The translations under genes were made by a program, and so were the position numbers. Shown here one piece after another: positions 1 to 8,837 of a DNA stretch of 57,988 nt. The notes beneath the pieces were generated by a model, which was not told the origin of the DNA, did not search any database, and worked only from the letters and a program-made list of their open reading frames with translations. Origin of the DNA: an uncultured Nitrospiraceae bacterium (GTDB taxonomy: Bacteria > Nitrospirota > Nitrospiria > Nitrospirales > UBA8639); contig CAZKRH010000172.1 of NCBI GenBank assembly GCA_964555115.1, positions 1 to 57,988 of the forward strand. The letters run 5' to 3'. Numbering within the stretch: the first letter of the stretch is position 1; each line of letters opens with the position of its first letter.

Positions 1-2
1 CG

Positions 3-164
3 TTGTTAGAGCAACACGGGGTGGTCGGTCTTGGTTTTGCTTTCACAGCATTCATCATCGGCTTTGGGCTCTTGCTGTTATCCGCGTTTTGGCACTCCTG
101 CCGAAAAGCTGTACTCCGATTCTATCCAAGCTTTATTCAAGAACGCCTTCCCGCGATGCTCTAG
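3..164 (+). CDS. 3' end of a membrane-protein gene truncated by the window edge
   Basis: Frame 3 is open from the window edge to TAG at 162-164. It encodes a hydrophobic helix (GVVGLGFAFTAFIIGFGLLLLSAFW) and looks more protein-like than track ORF 31..231. Confidence 0.3.
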   Translation: MLEQHGVVGLGFAFTAFIIGFGLLLLSAFWHSCRKAVLRFYPSFIQERLPAML

Positions 165-295
165 TTACTTTATTGTTTTCACTAAGGTCATTACCCCTGG
201 AGAAGTAAATAGGTCTATGCTTACATATTGAAACAAGAACACAGGATAGTCTTTCATGTCAATTTGCTCAGTGCCTTATCTTATAATGTTACTCC

Positions 296-775
296 ATGAT
301 CAAACCTTCCTTTAATTTTCTTCCTATCTTTATAGTTCTCTTAATAGATGCGGGCTGTGCTTCCATGTTATTGAACGCCGAGCCGCCGGAGGTGCTGGTC
401 ACGAATGTTACGCCCTTAGAAGCCACGTTGTTTGAACAACAGTTGAAGGTGGATCTGCGGGTTCGGAATCCGAATGATTTTGAATTGAATGTGACGGGAC
501 TGGATTTTACGCTGAATCTGAATGGGAAACGGTTGGCTCGTGGGTTATCGAATCACGCTGTTACTATTCCCCGACTGGGGGATGCCATACTTTCCGTCAA
601 CACCACCACATCCACTTTGGAGGTCATACGCCAACTGCTCTCCCTTCACAAACAGAAAGATATGACGTATCAAATCACTGGTGTTCTGCATCTCGATGGA
701 ATACGATTGCCTTTTGATTCTGAAGGGGTATTACTTGATGCCAGTCAGTTACCACAACCTGGATCAGATTCCTAA
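296..775 (+). CDS. LEA_2/WHy (LEA14-like) lipoprotein
   Basis: The N-terminus has a signal peptide with a lipobox-like DAGC. The pattern 'LKVDLRVRNPNDFELNVTGLDFTLNLNGKRLARG' is typical of water-stress/hypersensitive-response (LEA_2) domains. Confidence 0.6.
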   Translation: MIKPSFNFLPIFIVLLIDAGCASMLLNAEPPEVLVTNVTPLEATLFEQQLKVDLRVRNPNDFELNVTGLDFTLNLNGKRLARGLSNHAVTIPRLGDAILSVNTTTSTLEVIRQLLSLHKQKDMTYQITGVLHLDGIRLPFDSEGVLLDASQLPQPGSDS

Positions 776-832
776 GCATATCCTTCTGACATTCAGACGT
801 ATGGTACGCCCTGGACTCTACCTGTCTACAGT

Positions 833-1405
833 ATGAACGTTGCCCTCACTACCGATCCCAAGAAAAAACTTCTCTACATTCTCGGATTTTTTCTTGTCTT
901 GTTTCTCCTCGTAGAAATAACGGGGATTCGAGCACAGCTTTCTCCCGAGGCTGTGAAAGCCTTGTTCATAGAAAATACGTTTTGGGGTCTCCTTCTCTTC
1001 TGCATAGCTTATAGTCTCGGCAATCTCTTGTATGTGCCTGGATGGATCTTTTTGGTGGGAGCTGTGTTTGCTTTAGGTATTGAGTGGGGTGGGTTGGCTT
1101 CTTTTATCGGTGCGATCTGTTCTTCTATTATTAGCTTTTTTTTGATTCGAACGCTCGGTGGATCTCCCTTACGGAGTCTAAATTCCCAATGGGCTGATAA
1201 AGTATTTTCCCATTTAGATGAACGCCCCATTCTATCGGTAACCGTCCTCCGCTTAACTTTTCAAACGTTGCCCATCCTCAATTACGCCCTTGCGTTAGCG
1301 GACGTTCGGTTTCGGCATTATTTGGTTGGTACCGTTTTAGGGTTACCCCTCCCCATTTTTCTGTATTGCTATTTTTTCGATACGATTTTCCAACATCTTC
1401 TTTAG
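833..1405 (+). CDS. TVP38/TMEM64 (DedA-related, VTT domain) membrane protein
   Basis: The protein is polytopic and hydrophobic, and its size and motifs (YVPGWIF...G...G) fit SNARE-associated/VTT family proteins. Confidence 0.65.
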   Translation: MNVALTTDPKKKLLYILGFFLVLFLLVEITGIRAQLSPEAVKALFIENTFWGLLLFCIAYSLGNLLYVPGWIFLVGAVFALGIEWGGLASFIGAICSSIISFFLIRTLGGSPLRSLNSQWADKVFSHLDERPILSVTVLRLTFQTLPILNYALALADVRFRHYLVGTVLGLPLPIFLYCYFFDTIFQHLL

Positions 1406-1445
1406 GGCACAGAATAGTTTTTCTTTTTTGGCCACCCAGCCTCCC

Positions 1446-2744
1446 TCACTTAGGAGCCGTGATCTCGTCTTGTGCCACATGGCCTCTCATCGATTTATCC
1501 ACGATATTGTGTTGAATTTCTAACGCAATCACTCGAGCCAGTTGGTCCGCAGAGAGCGCCCCCATCAGCAATCCCTGCGTTTCAGGATAATACGGATCTT
1601 CGGGAACTGCCGTGCGATGATAATTCACTAAAATTATAGCGGGTTGGATCACTTTCCCTTCTGAGCCAATGGTCACAGCTTTATCCTTGGGCATTACCCT
1701 CGTGCGTGTCGCCCAATCCCGCTTTTCAATTTTGACAAACGCGACATTCCAAATCTTTCCATTGAGCAGGCTTCTGATGGCTTTGGGTGTGTGTTCGGAA
1801 AAATAAGAATCACGCATGATCAATTGGAGGGCCTCTCGTACCCGCATCTCGTAGAGGTGCGTGGTGGACTCTTCCTGGGCAGGTGGATGAGGAGATGTTG
1901 AACCAATCTCAAACCATGGTTGTCCCTTTAAGCTTTGAAAGGCATCTTCTGTCCTGAGATAAGGATGAAACAACTCTTTCAGAACTTGTACTCGTTGAGG
2001 CCCAGACATGTGTCTGATGTTTTGGTTTGATTGAATCGGAGCCTTCTTGAGATCTCGCTCTACATGAATGTTTTTAGGTTTGGGGGCCGTATCGGCTTTG
2101 CTGACGACCCATTGGAATTCTCTGGCCAGCACCGGGATGAGTTTATCCGGTTGATTGAGATACCCTTTCCTTTCGAGCTGTGAGGCACTGATGAGGAGTT
2201 TGACCTTCCCTTTTTCTTTTGTCCGCGCCACCAGAAACGTAAACTCTTTGTCATTTCGGTTGAACACTCGTGGCTCAATCACCACTTTCTTGAGGACCTC
2301 TTTGTTGAGAGCCTCATCATATCGATGATACTGGGTGCGGTTTTTCGTCATGAACGTGAAAGCCTCCACCACAGTGGAGAACGCCTCATCCATGTACGCA
2401 TGGTTTTCGGCATTATCATCTGCCGCGTTCTTCCCTTTGCCCACCACCACATGAAAGGGCACTCCTGGGATATCGTACCCTGTTTCACTTTCCGTTCCCG
2501 AATATTCGTGAACTTCATGACTACCGCCCCCGCCATGTCCGGCAAAAGCAACTGAAATTCCAATCACCAACCCAATGAGAGTGAGAATGGGAATGTGCAC
2601 AGTCGAGATACATCTCTGAAGCCAACGTTCCATATGGTGGCCATCATTTATAGATCGCCCGTTTGCACGACCACAGCGAGCATCTTCCTCTGCATTCCTA
2701 TGATTCTCTCTCCACTCTTTGCAATCTAGCATTTGCTCCTCCAT
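1446..2744 (-). CDS. hypothetical membrane-anchored protein with a His/Gly-rich juxtamembrane segment
   Basis: This is a long ORF with one TM helix (IPILTLIGLVIGISVAFAG) followed by HGGGGSHEVHEY. I recognise no family. The real start is probably an internal Met (MERWLQR...). Confidence 0.55.
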   Translation of the reverse strand: MEEQMLDCKEWRENHRNAEEDARCGRANGRSINDGHHMERWLQRCISTVHIPILTLIGLVIGISVAFAGHGGGGSHEVHEYSGTESETGYDIPGVPFHVVVGKGKNAADDNAENHAYMDEAFSTVVEAFTFMTKNRTQYHRYDEALNKEVLKKVVIEPRVFNRNDKEFTFLVARTKEKGKVKLLISASQLERKGYLNQPDKLIPVLAREFQWVVSKADTAPKPKNIHVERDLKKAPIQSNQNIRHMSGPQRVQVLKELFHPYLRTEDAFQSLKGQPWFEIGSTSPHPPAQEESTTHLYEMRVREALQLIMRDSYFSEHTPKAIRSLLNGKIWNVAFVKIEKRDWATRTRVMPKDKAVTIGSEGKVIQPAIILVNYHRTAVPEDPYYPETQGLLMGALSADQLARVIALEIQHNIVDKSMRGHVAQDEITAPK

Positions 2745-2837
2745 CTCCCTATCTTACACCTTCTTTCCACACCGTGCTTCTGTGAATGACGAAGGGTTGC
2801 AACCGCCTTTCTCCATTCTCTATGATTTCTCCAGTAT

Positions 2838-3746
2838 GTGGCAAATTCCTTTTTTGGCCTTGTATCCCTAAGTTATATTCCTTTTTTTATTCCCTTGAGA
2901 CCATTCCTTTTGGCCAATTCAGTTTACTCTTTCACTTTCCTGAAGGGAAAAATTTCATTGATATTTCCTTACCCTCCTTTTCGTCTCCTTATTTTGGTTT
3001 GTTTGATCGTTGGAGGACCACCTGGTTGGCTCAGCGGCATAAGTCACGCTTATGAAGTCATAACTGTCACCGACGGCGCCACGATCAGTGGGCATGTCAC
3101 TCTTTCTGGATCTGCACCGCCACCCCAGCTCTTCAATGTGAAAATGGGTTCGTACCCTGATCATTGTCGACCCATTGCCAATGCCGAGGGGAACGTCGTT
3201 CTTCCCCGTGCTCGAGTGTCGTCAACCAACCATATCGCGGATGTCGTGGTGTTTTTACAAGAGATCGAAAAAGGGAAGGCTGCAGCTTCTGATGGGCCTG
3301 TTCTGACGGTCAACCGTTGTCAATTTGATCATTTCGTGATGGCTGGTATGGATGGTGAATCCTTGCATATTCAAATGAATGATTCTGTACTCCACCCACT
3401 CCGAGGGTGGGAAATGCTCCATGAAGGACGCATCCCGCTTTTTCACTTTCCGGATCTGCCTGAGGGTACCGAGCAGGCGACCACCTTAACGACCCGACGG
3501 AGCGGCATTGTCAAAATCGAATGTGATCAACACCGCTTTATGCAAACCTGGATTTTGGTGCCCCTGAATCCTTATTTTTCTGTGACCGATCTTCAGGGAC
3601 ATTTTTTGATTGACCACATTCCTCCCGGCACCTATACCCTCAGTGCCTGGCATCCTATTCTGGGATATCTGGATACCTCCATAACGGTTAAACCTCAAGA
3701 ACACCTCACCGATCTTTCTTTTGCGTTTGAACCGCCCCCTTCCTAA
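2838..3746 (+). CDS. secreted cupredoxin-like protein flanked by carboxypeptidase-regulatory-like beta-sandwich segments (paralog of 50040..50996)
   Basis: The signal peptide ends ...SGISHA/YEV. A putative type-1 Cu ligand set is present: H in VLHPL, then C-D-Q-H-R-F-M at nt 3522-3542. The C-terminal 'TDLQGHFLIDHIPPGTYTLSAWHP' motif is also present. The likely real start is TTG 2958, preceded by GAAGGGA. Confidence 0.6.
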   Translation: MANSFFGLVSLSYIPFFIPLRPFLLANSVYSFTFLKGKISLIFPYPPFRLLILVCLIVGGPPGWLSGISHAYEVITVTDGATISGHVTLSGSAPPPQLFNVKMGSYPDHCRPIANAEGNVVLPRARVSSTNHIADVVVFLQEIEKGKAAASDGPVLTVNRCQFDHFVMAGMDGESLHIQMNDSVLHPLRGWEMLHEGRIPLFHFPDLPEGTEQATTLTTRRSGIVKIECDQHRFMQTWILVPLNPYFSVTDLQGHFLIDHIPPGTYTLSAWHPILGYLDTSITVKPQEHLTDLSFAFEPPPS

Positions 3747-3752
3747 CGTGAT

Positions 3753-4253
3753 TTGGTGACATCACCCACACTGCCTAGGATGATTGCTATGCCTGTTCTC
3801 ACATTTTTCACTTCCTTCACCAATTCCTTCAAGAAGTTCGGGATTCCCCTGCAGGTGTTTTCTACTATCCTTTTGTTCGTTTTTCTTGGATTGGTGCCCA
3901 CACATGCTGCTTCATCTCAAGCTCCTCATCGCATTACCTTTATTAATGAATCAGGGCAGAATGCTCTGGTGAAATTGATTGGCCCGACCAGGACAGCCGT
4001 GAAAATTATGCTTGACCAAAAACGCTTTGTTCGGGTGAGGGCCGGTGAGTATTATGTGTTGGCCCGTTTTGGTAATAGTCCCAAGGAATACACCTATATG
4101 AAGGGCAATCCTTTTACTGTCACCCAATCAGGCGATCAGTACTCTCGTATTTCCATTACGCTTCATCGTGTGATTAGCGGAAGCCATACGGCAGGATTGG
4201 TTTCTGGTGAGGAATTTGAGAACACCGTCATTTCTAAAAAGGACTCAGACTAA
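3753..4253 (+). CDS. hypothetical secreted protein
   Basis: The ORF starts 7 nt after the preceding gene and has a hydrophobic signal-like segment ending THAASSQ. No family recognised. Confidence 0.5.
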   Translation: MVTSPTLPRMIAMPVLTFFTSFTNSFKKFGIPLQVFSTILLFVFLGLVPTHAASSQAPHRITFINESGQNALVKLIGPTRTAVKIMLDQKRFVRVRAGEYYVLARFGNSPKEYTYMKGNPFTVTQSGDQYSRISITLHRVISGSHTAGLVSGEEFENTVISKKDSD

Positions 4254-4272
4254 ATTCCCTCCGTCCTTCCTA

Positions 4273-4668
4273 TCAAGACACATCCCACACTTCACGACTG
4301 ATAATGATCATTAATCGATCCTTCTCCAAGTCGCGCGCAATTTTGATGTCTTCAAGGGGAATGCTTAATTCTTTTCCAGGAAACACATTCAAGACTTTTT
4401 CTTCTTCTACTCCTGGCGCCCATTCTGTGTGAACGACTCTCGGTTGGGAATCAAGCGTTTTGAAGTTCACATAATTTTCTGTACATTCTTGAATGACCGC
4501 ATCCCGCTTGTGTAAATGTAACGGAAATTTATGAGCATTGCGCTTTTCATCAATTCGGAGCGTCAGGATTTGGTCGCCTATTTCCTGAATGGCTTGAGCT
4601 TTTTCTCGAATCCGTTTTGAGGATTCTTGAGTCATTGGGTTTTCCTTAACCCTAACATTCTCTTTCAA
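4273..4668 (-). CDS. hypothetical cytoplasmic protein
   Basis: The ORF has a balanced, charged composition. No family recognised. Confidence 0.45.
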   Translation of the reverse strand: MKENVRVKENPMTQESSKRIREKAQAIQEIGDQILTLRIDEKRNAHKFPLHLHKRDAVIQECTENYVNFKTLDSQPRVVHTEWAPGVEEEKVLNVFPGKELSIPLEDIKIARDLEKDRLMIIISREVWDVS

Positions 4669-4846
4669 TTATACCATGCTGTAGATATGTGATGGAGAAA
4701 TACCTTAGGTGAAGTTCTTGTCCCTCTTGTCCACCATGGGCACCATTCCTTCCATCTTTAGAATGTCGCCTCTTGTCTTTTGCGAATCTTCTTATTAGTT
4801 TTTCTTCACAGGTTTACAGATTCAACCTTCTTGCCAAGAAAGGAAA

Positions 4847-6511
4847 TCATTGTACGTTGGTAGACTTATCATCCGGATGATTAGACCCTGCGGCCTCTGC
4901 CGCGTGTTTGAGGGCGTCCAGTCGTTCAGCGTACCGATGGCCTGGGCGAATCAATGACAGCACTCCCAACCCTTCTAACGCTTCGGTCACATGCGGTTGC
5001 ATCCCGACAAAAAAGAGATGTTGTTTATGGGCCCGAATGATGCGCAACATATCTTCAATTGCTAACGCCGCCGTCCCATCAATGATGGGCACGTCTGATA
5101 AATCCAGCACACAACTCGTAAACTTCTTGAGTCCCGGTACCGTTTCGATCCGTCGCACCATATTTTTGGCAGACCCAAAACTCATAGGACCATCCACATG
5201 AATGAGCACAATTTTTCCGGTGTTCCGCTCCAGAACGGCCTTTTCCTGCACGGTCAGAGGGGATTCTCCATGAATCTCGGTGATGATTTTCATGTTGGCC
5301 AATTCCAGATCAGCCATTTCTTTCACGAACAATAAACTGGCTAAGACCACTCCCACACCCACCGCAGTAATAAGATCGACCACCACCGTGATAAAAAGCA
5401 CGAGGGCCATGATCATCACATCCGCCCTCGGGGCTTGCAGGACATGACGTAAAAACCGCCAGTCAATAATTTCAATTCCTACTTTTAATAAAATCCCAGC
5501 CAAGACGGCCAGGGGAATTTGTTCCGCTAGAGGTCCCGCCCACAGTAAGGTGGCTAACAACATGAGCCCCATTAACGATCCGGACAACGGGGTCCGGCCC
5601 CCTGAACGAATATTGGCAACCGACCGAACGGTGGCTCCCGCTCCCGGTAATCCACCAAAGAGTCCTGCCACCATATTGCCAATACCCTGCCCTATCAGTT
5701 CACGATCGGAATTATGTTGCGTGCGGGTCATGTTGTCGCACACTAAGGACGTCAGAAGGCTATCAATCGCGCATAATAATGCAATGACACAGGCTTCCTC
5801 GATGATCACTGTCATAACATCAAATCGAAGGGTGGGCACAATCACCGACGGAAACCCCTGTGGTACAGCTCCAATCACCGGGGCGTTGGGGAAAAAAAAG
5901 ATGGCAGTCAGCGTCCCAATGATCAACGCCAACAATGGTGGCGGAACAATTTTTCCAATAACATTTGGGGTTCCGTACACGATGGCGAGTGTCAACAGTC
6001 CTAACGCCGCTGCATGAGACATGGGATCGGCAAAGAATGTTGGCAGAGCCCACAGATTGGGCATGACTCCTCCCTCTGCGGGATGCCCCAAGAGTGGTCC
6101 GATTTGCAAAATAATAATGATCACGCCAATGCCACTCATAAACCCAGAAATTACCGGATAGGGAATGAGGCTGACATAGCGCCCGACCCCCAACCAGCCC
6201 AATATCATTAATAACCCCCCAGCCAACATCACCGTTGTAAATACCAAGGCGGGTTCATCAGAAAATTGGGCAAGCATTCCCGCAAAGACCACGGTCATCG
6301 GGCCGGTGGGGCCAGAGGCTTGTGCGGGAGTCCCTCCAAACAGGGCTGCAAAGAATCCGACAAAGATGGCACCATAGAGTCCCGCTACCGCACCTGCCCC
6401 GGATGCCACACCAAATGCAAGAGCTAAGGGGAGCGCAATCACGGCAGCCACCACTCCGCCAAAGATATCCCCCCGGATATTATTGAAATGCAGCCCGTGA
6501 ATGAGTGTCAT
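4847..6511 (-). CDS. SulP/SLC26 family anion transporter with C-terminal STAS domain
   Basis: The N-terminal region is polytopic and Gly/Ala-rich, with typical SulP motifs (GGLPGAGATVRSVANIRSGGRTPLSG). A C-terminal STAS-like domain follows (IVLIHVDGPMSFGSA...). Confidence 0.9.
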   Translation of the reverse strand: MTLIHGLHFNNIRGDIFGGVVAAVIALPLALAFGVASGAGAVAGLYGAIFVGFFAALFGGTPAQASGPTGPMTVVFAGMLAQFSDEPALVFTTVMLAGGLLMILGWLGVGRYVSLIPYPVISGFMSGIGVIIIILQIGPLLGHPAEGGVMPNLWALPTFFADPMSHAAALGLLTLAIVYGTPNVIGKIVPPPLLALIIGTLTAIFFFPNAPVIGAVPQGFPSVIVPTLRFDVMTVIIEEACVIALLCAIDSLLTSLVCDNMTRTQHNSDRELIGQGIGNMVAGLFGGLPGAGATVRSVANIRSGGRTPLSGSLMGLMLLATLLWAGPLAEQIPLAVLAGILLKVGIEIIDWRFLRHVLQAPRADVMIMALVLFITVVVDLITAVGVGVVLASLLFVKEMADLELANMKIITEIHGESPLTVQEKAVLERNTGKIVLIHVDGPMSFGSAKNMVRRIETVPGLKKFTSCVLDLSDVPIIDGTAALAIEDMLRIIRAHKQHLFFVGMQPHVTEALEGLGVLSLIRPGHRYAERLDALKHAAEAAGSNHPDDKSTNVQ

Positions 6512-6700
6512 ATTTGGTTGCTTCTCGGTGAGTTGTCGAAACAGGTTAGACTGACACGAAATGCTTTTGCCCGATTATCAGAATATTTCCATCTTTTGTC
6601 CATATTTGAAAATAATCTGGCTCAATTGAATGGTTACAGTCGATTCCCGGTCAAGCTTCTCAAAATAATCCTCTGGATAATTTCATATTTGAAGCCATTA

Positions 6701-6720
6701 GGCAATTTTCAAAAATTGCC
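6701..6720. promoter_or_regulatory. 20-bp palindrome GGCAATTTT-CA-AAAATTGCC (candidate operator)
   Basis: Two perfect 9-bp arms surround a 2-nt centre. The site lies in the AT-rich region between the SulP start (6511, minus) and ORF 6804 (+). Confidence 0.35.
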
Positions 6721-6803
6721 CTTACCCTCCTACCCCTCGTAGAATAGTTCTGTTCTTTTATAATGATTCACAATATTCACATCACGTGTGAGAGAACCTT
6801 TCC

Positions 6804-7118
6804 ATGACTGTACACATTCATGCCCAAGCTCTTTACGACAGCCTCAAATCTTTTCTCGGTTCTCATGAACCTCACCAAGTCCAAACTACATTGGAGCGTG
6901 AACTTCGGCATATCGTGCCCTCTTGGAGTGATATCAAACCAGATTGCCCTGGATGGTATTGGTATAAAGCTCCTGGCATTTCTGAACCACAGCTTATCCT
7001 GGTTGGTCACGGACGGATAGACACCAAACTGATGGCTGATTTGGGGCCGCCCAATAACCTTGTGGATGTGCAGCGTATCCCCGGCCAATGGGCTGGACCT
7101 CTTCTGCCTCCTTCATAA
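6804..7118 (+). CDS. hypothetical protein
   Basis: The plus-strand ORF reads more protein-like (GWYWYKAPGISEPQLILVGHG) than the overlapping minus ORF 6777..7088. The RBS is weak. Confidence 0.3.
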   Translation: MTVHIHAQALYDSLKSFLGSHEPHQVQTTLERELRHIVPSWSDIKPDCPGWYWYKAPGISEPQLILVGHGRIDTKLMADLGPPNNLVDVQRIPGQWAGPLLPPS

Positions 7119-7195
7119 ACCTAGAAACTATCTGCCAGACACTGTCTTGGAAAGCTCAAGTTCGGTGAACGTGGCTGTGGGCTGTACCTCCTCAT

Positions 7196-7293
7196 CCCGT
7201 CATTCCCGCCGTCAGTTAGCGGGAATCCATCCTGCATTAAATGCGAAGGATCGGAAAAGATGGATCCCCGCTTAAAACTCCGGGGATGACGGC
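7196..7293. repeat. REP-like compound palindromic element
   Basis: Hairpin 1 pairs ATTCCCGC (7202-7209) with GCGGGAAT (7219-7226). Hairpin 2 pairs ATCCCCG (7264-7270) with CGGGGAT (7281-7287). The outer arms are CGTCAT/ATGACG. Translation of this element gives the spurious 'SFKRGSI / WIPA' type ORFs. Confidence 0.6.
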
Positions 7294-7411
7294 GATTTTC
7301 ATTTGTCGGTGCCAACGCCCTTTACCATTTCACATGACAGTGTCTGAAAAATGAAATGGAAGTTTTTACAGTTTAAGATAAAGAGATAATCCCAGGTTTA
7401 GGTGTTTTACG

Positions 7412-7882
7412 TTGGAAAAGCTTATGGACCCACAACCCACCAGCGAAACAATCAAGTGGAAGGCCTATCCTTCCTGGGCACATTTCTCCTGGTTATACCT
7501 ATTTAGTTTTTGGGCCGGTCTCCGGGGTATTCTGTTAATTCGATTGGAAATTTCAGGTTGGGAATTCTGGATAGCAGGGGCCATGTCGTTGTTGCTGTGC
7601 GTGGTCATTCTTCGCCGATGGGGAGAGTACATGGTGACCCCTCACCGAGTCATTATCCGCAATGGATTCACTCATCGGGAGATTGAATCGTTAGCGATTG
7701 AGGATATCTCCGACATAAGCCTCAAACAGGGCCCTCTTGGTAGGTACTTCGAATTTGGGACCTTAATTGTTGAATCATCTAATACAGACCAAATCCTCTC
7801 CTTACGTGGAATTCGGCATCCCACCGTGCTTGGTACCCGCCTACAGGCAATGAGACCTCAGGGATGCACGGATGGGACGTAG
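7412..7882 (+). CDS. membrane protein with bacterial PH domain (bPH_2, YdbS/YdbT-like)
   Basis: Two TM helices are followed by 'MVTPHRVIIRNGFTHREIESLAIEDISDISLKQGPLGRYFEFGTLIV', a typical bPH_2 pattern. Confidence 0.6.
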   Translation: MEKLMDPQPTSETIKWKAYPSWAHFSWLYLFSFWAGLRGILLIRLEISGWEFWIAGAMSLLLCVVILRRWGEYMVTPHRVIIRNGFTHREIESLAIEDISDISLKQGPLGRYFEFGTLIVESSNTDQILSLRGIRHPTVLGTRLQAMRPQGCTDGT

Positions 7883-7898
7883 TGCGGGCTTCCTTCTC

Positions 7899-8006
7899 CA
7901 GGGTTTATCGCAAGTTCCTTCATGTGGGGTACATAGATTGAGAGAAAACACGAGCAACCAGCGTACTAACTTTGAGAACGCAGCTGGCGGCTTTTTTCAA
8001 CAATCC
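7899..8006 (+). mobile_element. MITE family 2, internally deleted copy
   Basis: The left end is CAGGGTTTATCGCAAG. The interior 'ATTGAGAGAAAACACGAGCAACCAGCG' and the right end 'GCAGCTGGCGGCTTTTTTCAACAATCC' match the other family-2 copies. Confidence 0.5.
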
Positions 8007-8065
8007 TATAGAAAAAAGGGGAGGATGGGACGGCACAGTTACGATGAGAGAGGTGAGTTCGCGAT

Positions 8066-8527
8066 TTATCGAATGAAGGGAGGATCGATTCTGGCCAATT
8101 CATCAATGGGGTAGCCTGGGAATCCCGAAGGCGGCAATGGCCGTGACCAAATGAACCATAACACTCCTCCAGCTATCAGGCCTAAGATTCCCTTCCATAG
8201 AAGACCTAGCCCCAACACAAACAAAGAAATGGGAAAAACCATCACCATAAAAACCGTCGCCATCACCTTGGCCTGTTTGCTTATACTCCCATATTGCTCC
8301 CAATTCTGAATCAAGGGCCCAAGCCTCGGTTGGTTCATGAGCCATTGATGTAATTTGGGGGAACTTTTGGAAAAACAATATGCTGCCAACAACACAAAGG
8401 GGGTCGTAGGCAATAAGGGGAGAAACACTCCAAGAAACCCTAAGGCAAGGCTGACCCACCCTATGAGGATCAGGGCTAATTTGAGGGGTGACCGAAATTC
8501 GATCATGTTGATACCCCCAAAGCCCAC
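8066..8527 (-). CDS. DUF454 / YbaN family inner-membrane protein
   Basis: 'LGFLGVFLPLLPTTPFVLLAAYCFSKSSPKLHQWL' is the characteristic YbaN N-terminus. The real start may be the internal Met (MIEF, near 8506). Confidence 0.7.
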   Translation of the reverse strand: MGFGGINMIEFRSPLKLALILIGWVSLALGFLGVFLPLLPTTPFVLLAAYCFSKSSPKLHQWLMNQPRLGPLIQNWEQYGSISKQAKVMATVFMVMVFPISLFVLGLGLLWKGILGLIAGGVLWFIWSRPLPPSGFPGYPIDELARIDPPFIR

Positions 8528-8700
8528 TTTTCTTCATCTTTGATGATTTTCATACACTTCCATATCGGTCAATTATTCAAAATGGTTAATTTTTGCTATA
8601 AAAGAAGCCGCACCTCCAACTTTCTCTTTGAAAAATAGGTCTGTGGTCATATACTATTTGGCCACAAGGGGGGAAACGAGAACTTCTCATCTTCCTATTA

Positions 8701-8837
8701 GGTGTCCTGCCAACGGATTTTGTGGTCCACGCATGTGGTTAACCGCAGGGCCATGGGATCTGATTTCCTTCCGGACCGATCTTGACCATGGGTCCGGCAT
8801 GAACAATCCCTGAACATGGATCAAGCTGACAACAGCG
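8701..8837 (-). ncRNA. ffs: probable signal recognition particle RNA (4.5S-type); boundaries approximate
   Basis: The minus strand carries GGUCCGGAAGGAA..CAG (apical GGAA loop at 8769-8772), matching the conserved SRP helix-8 motif. It is flanked by CCAUGG/CCAUGG and GAUC/GAUC pairings. A 5' CUGUUG and a 3' UGGCAGG mirror the E. coli 4.5S terminal helix. The site lies in a 520-bp gap with no credible CDS. Confidence 0.45.

Noticed and set aside
31-231. Track ORF of 66 aa at the window start
   Set aside because: It is Cys/Ser-rich with an odd composition and a TTG start. Frame 3 (3..164) reads as the hydrophobic C-terminus of a truncated membrane protein and is the better explanation.
4908-6211. 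Several 65-155-aa plus-strand ORFs inside the SulP gene
   Set aside because: These are antisense shadow ORFs of a well-supported 554-aa transporter. Their composition is Pro/Arg/Ser-rich, typical of the wrong frame.
7060-7315. ORFs 7060..7275 (+) and 7121..7315 (-)
   Set aside because: Both are read-throughs of the REP-like palindrome, giving the peptides SFKRGSI / WIPA.
8103-8543. Alternative-frame and antisense ORFs over the YbaN gene
   Set aside because: Only the frame of 8066..8527 gives the characteristic DUF454 membrane protein.
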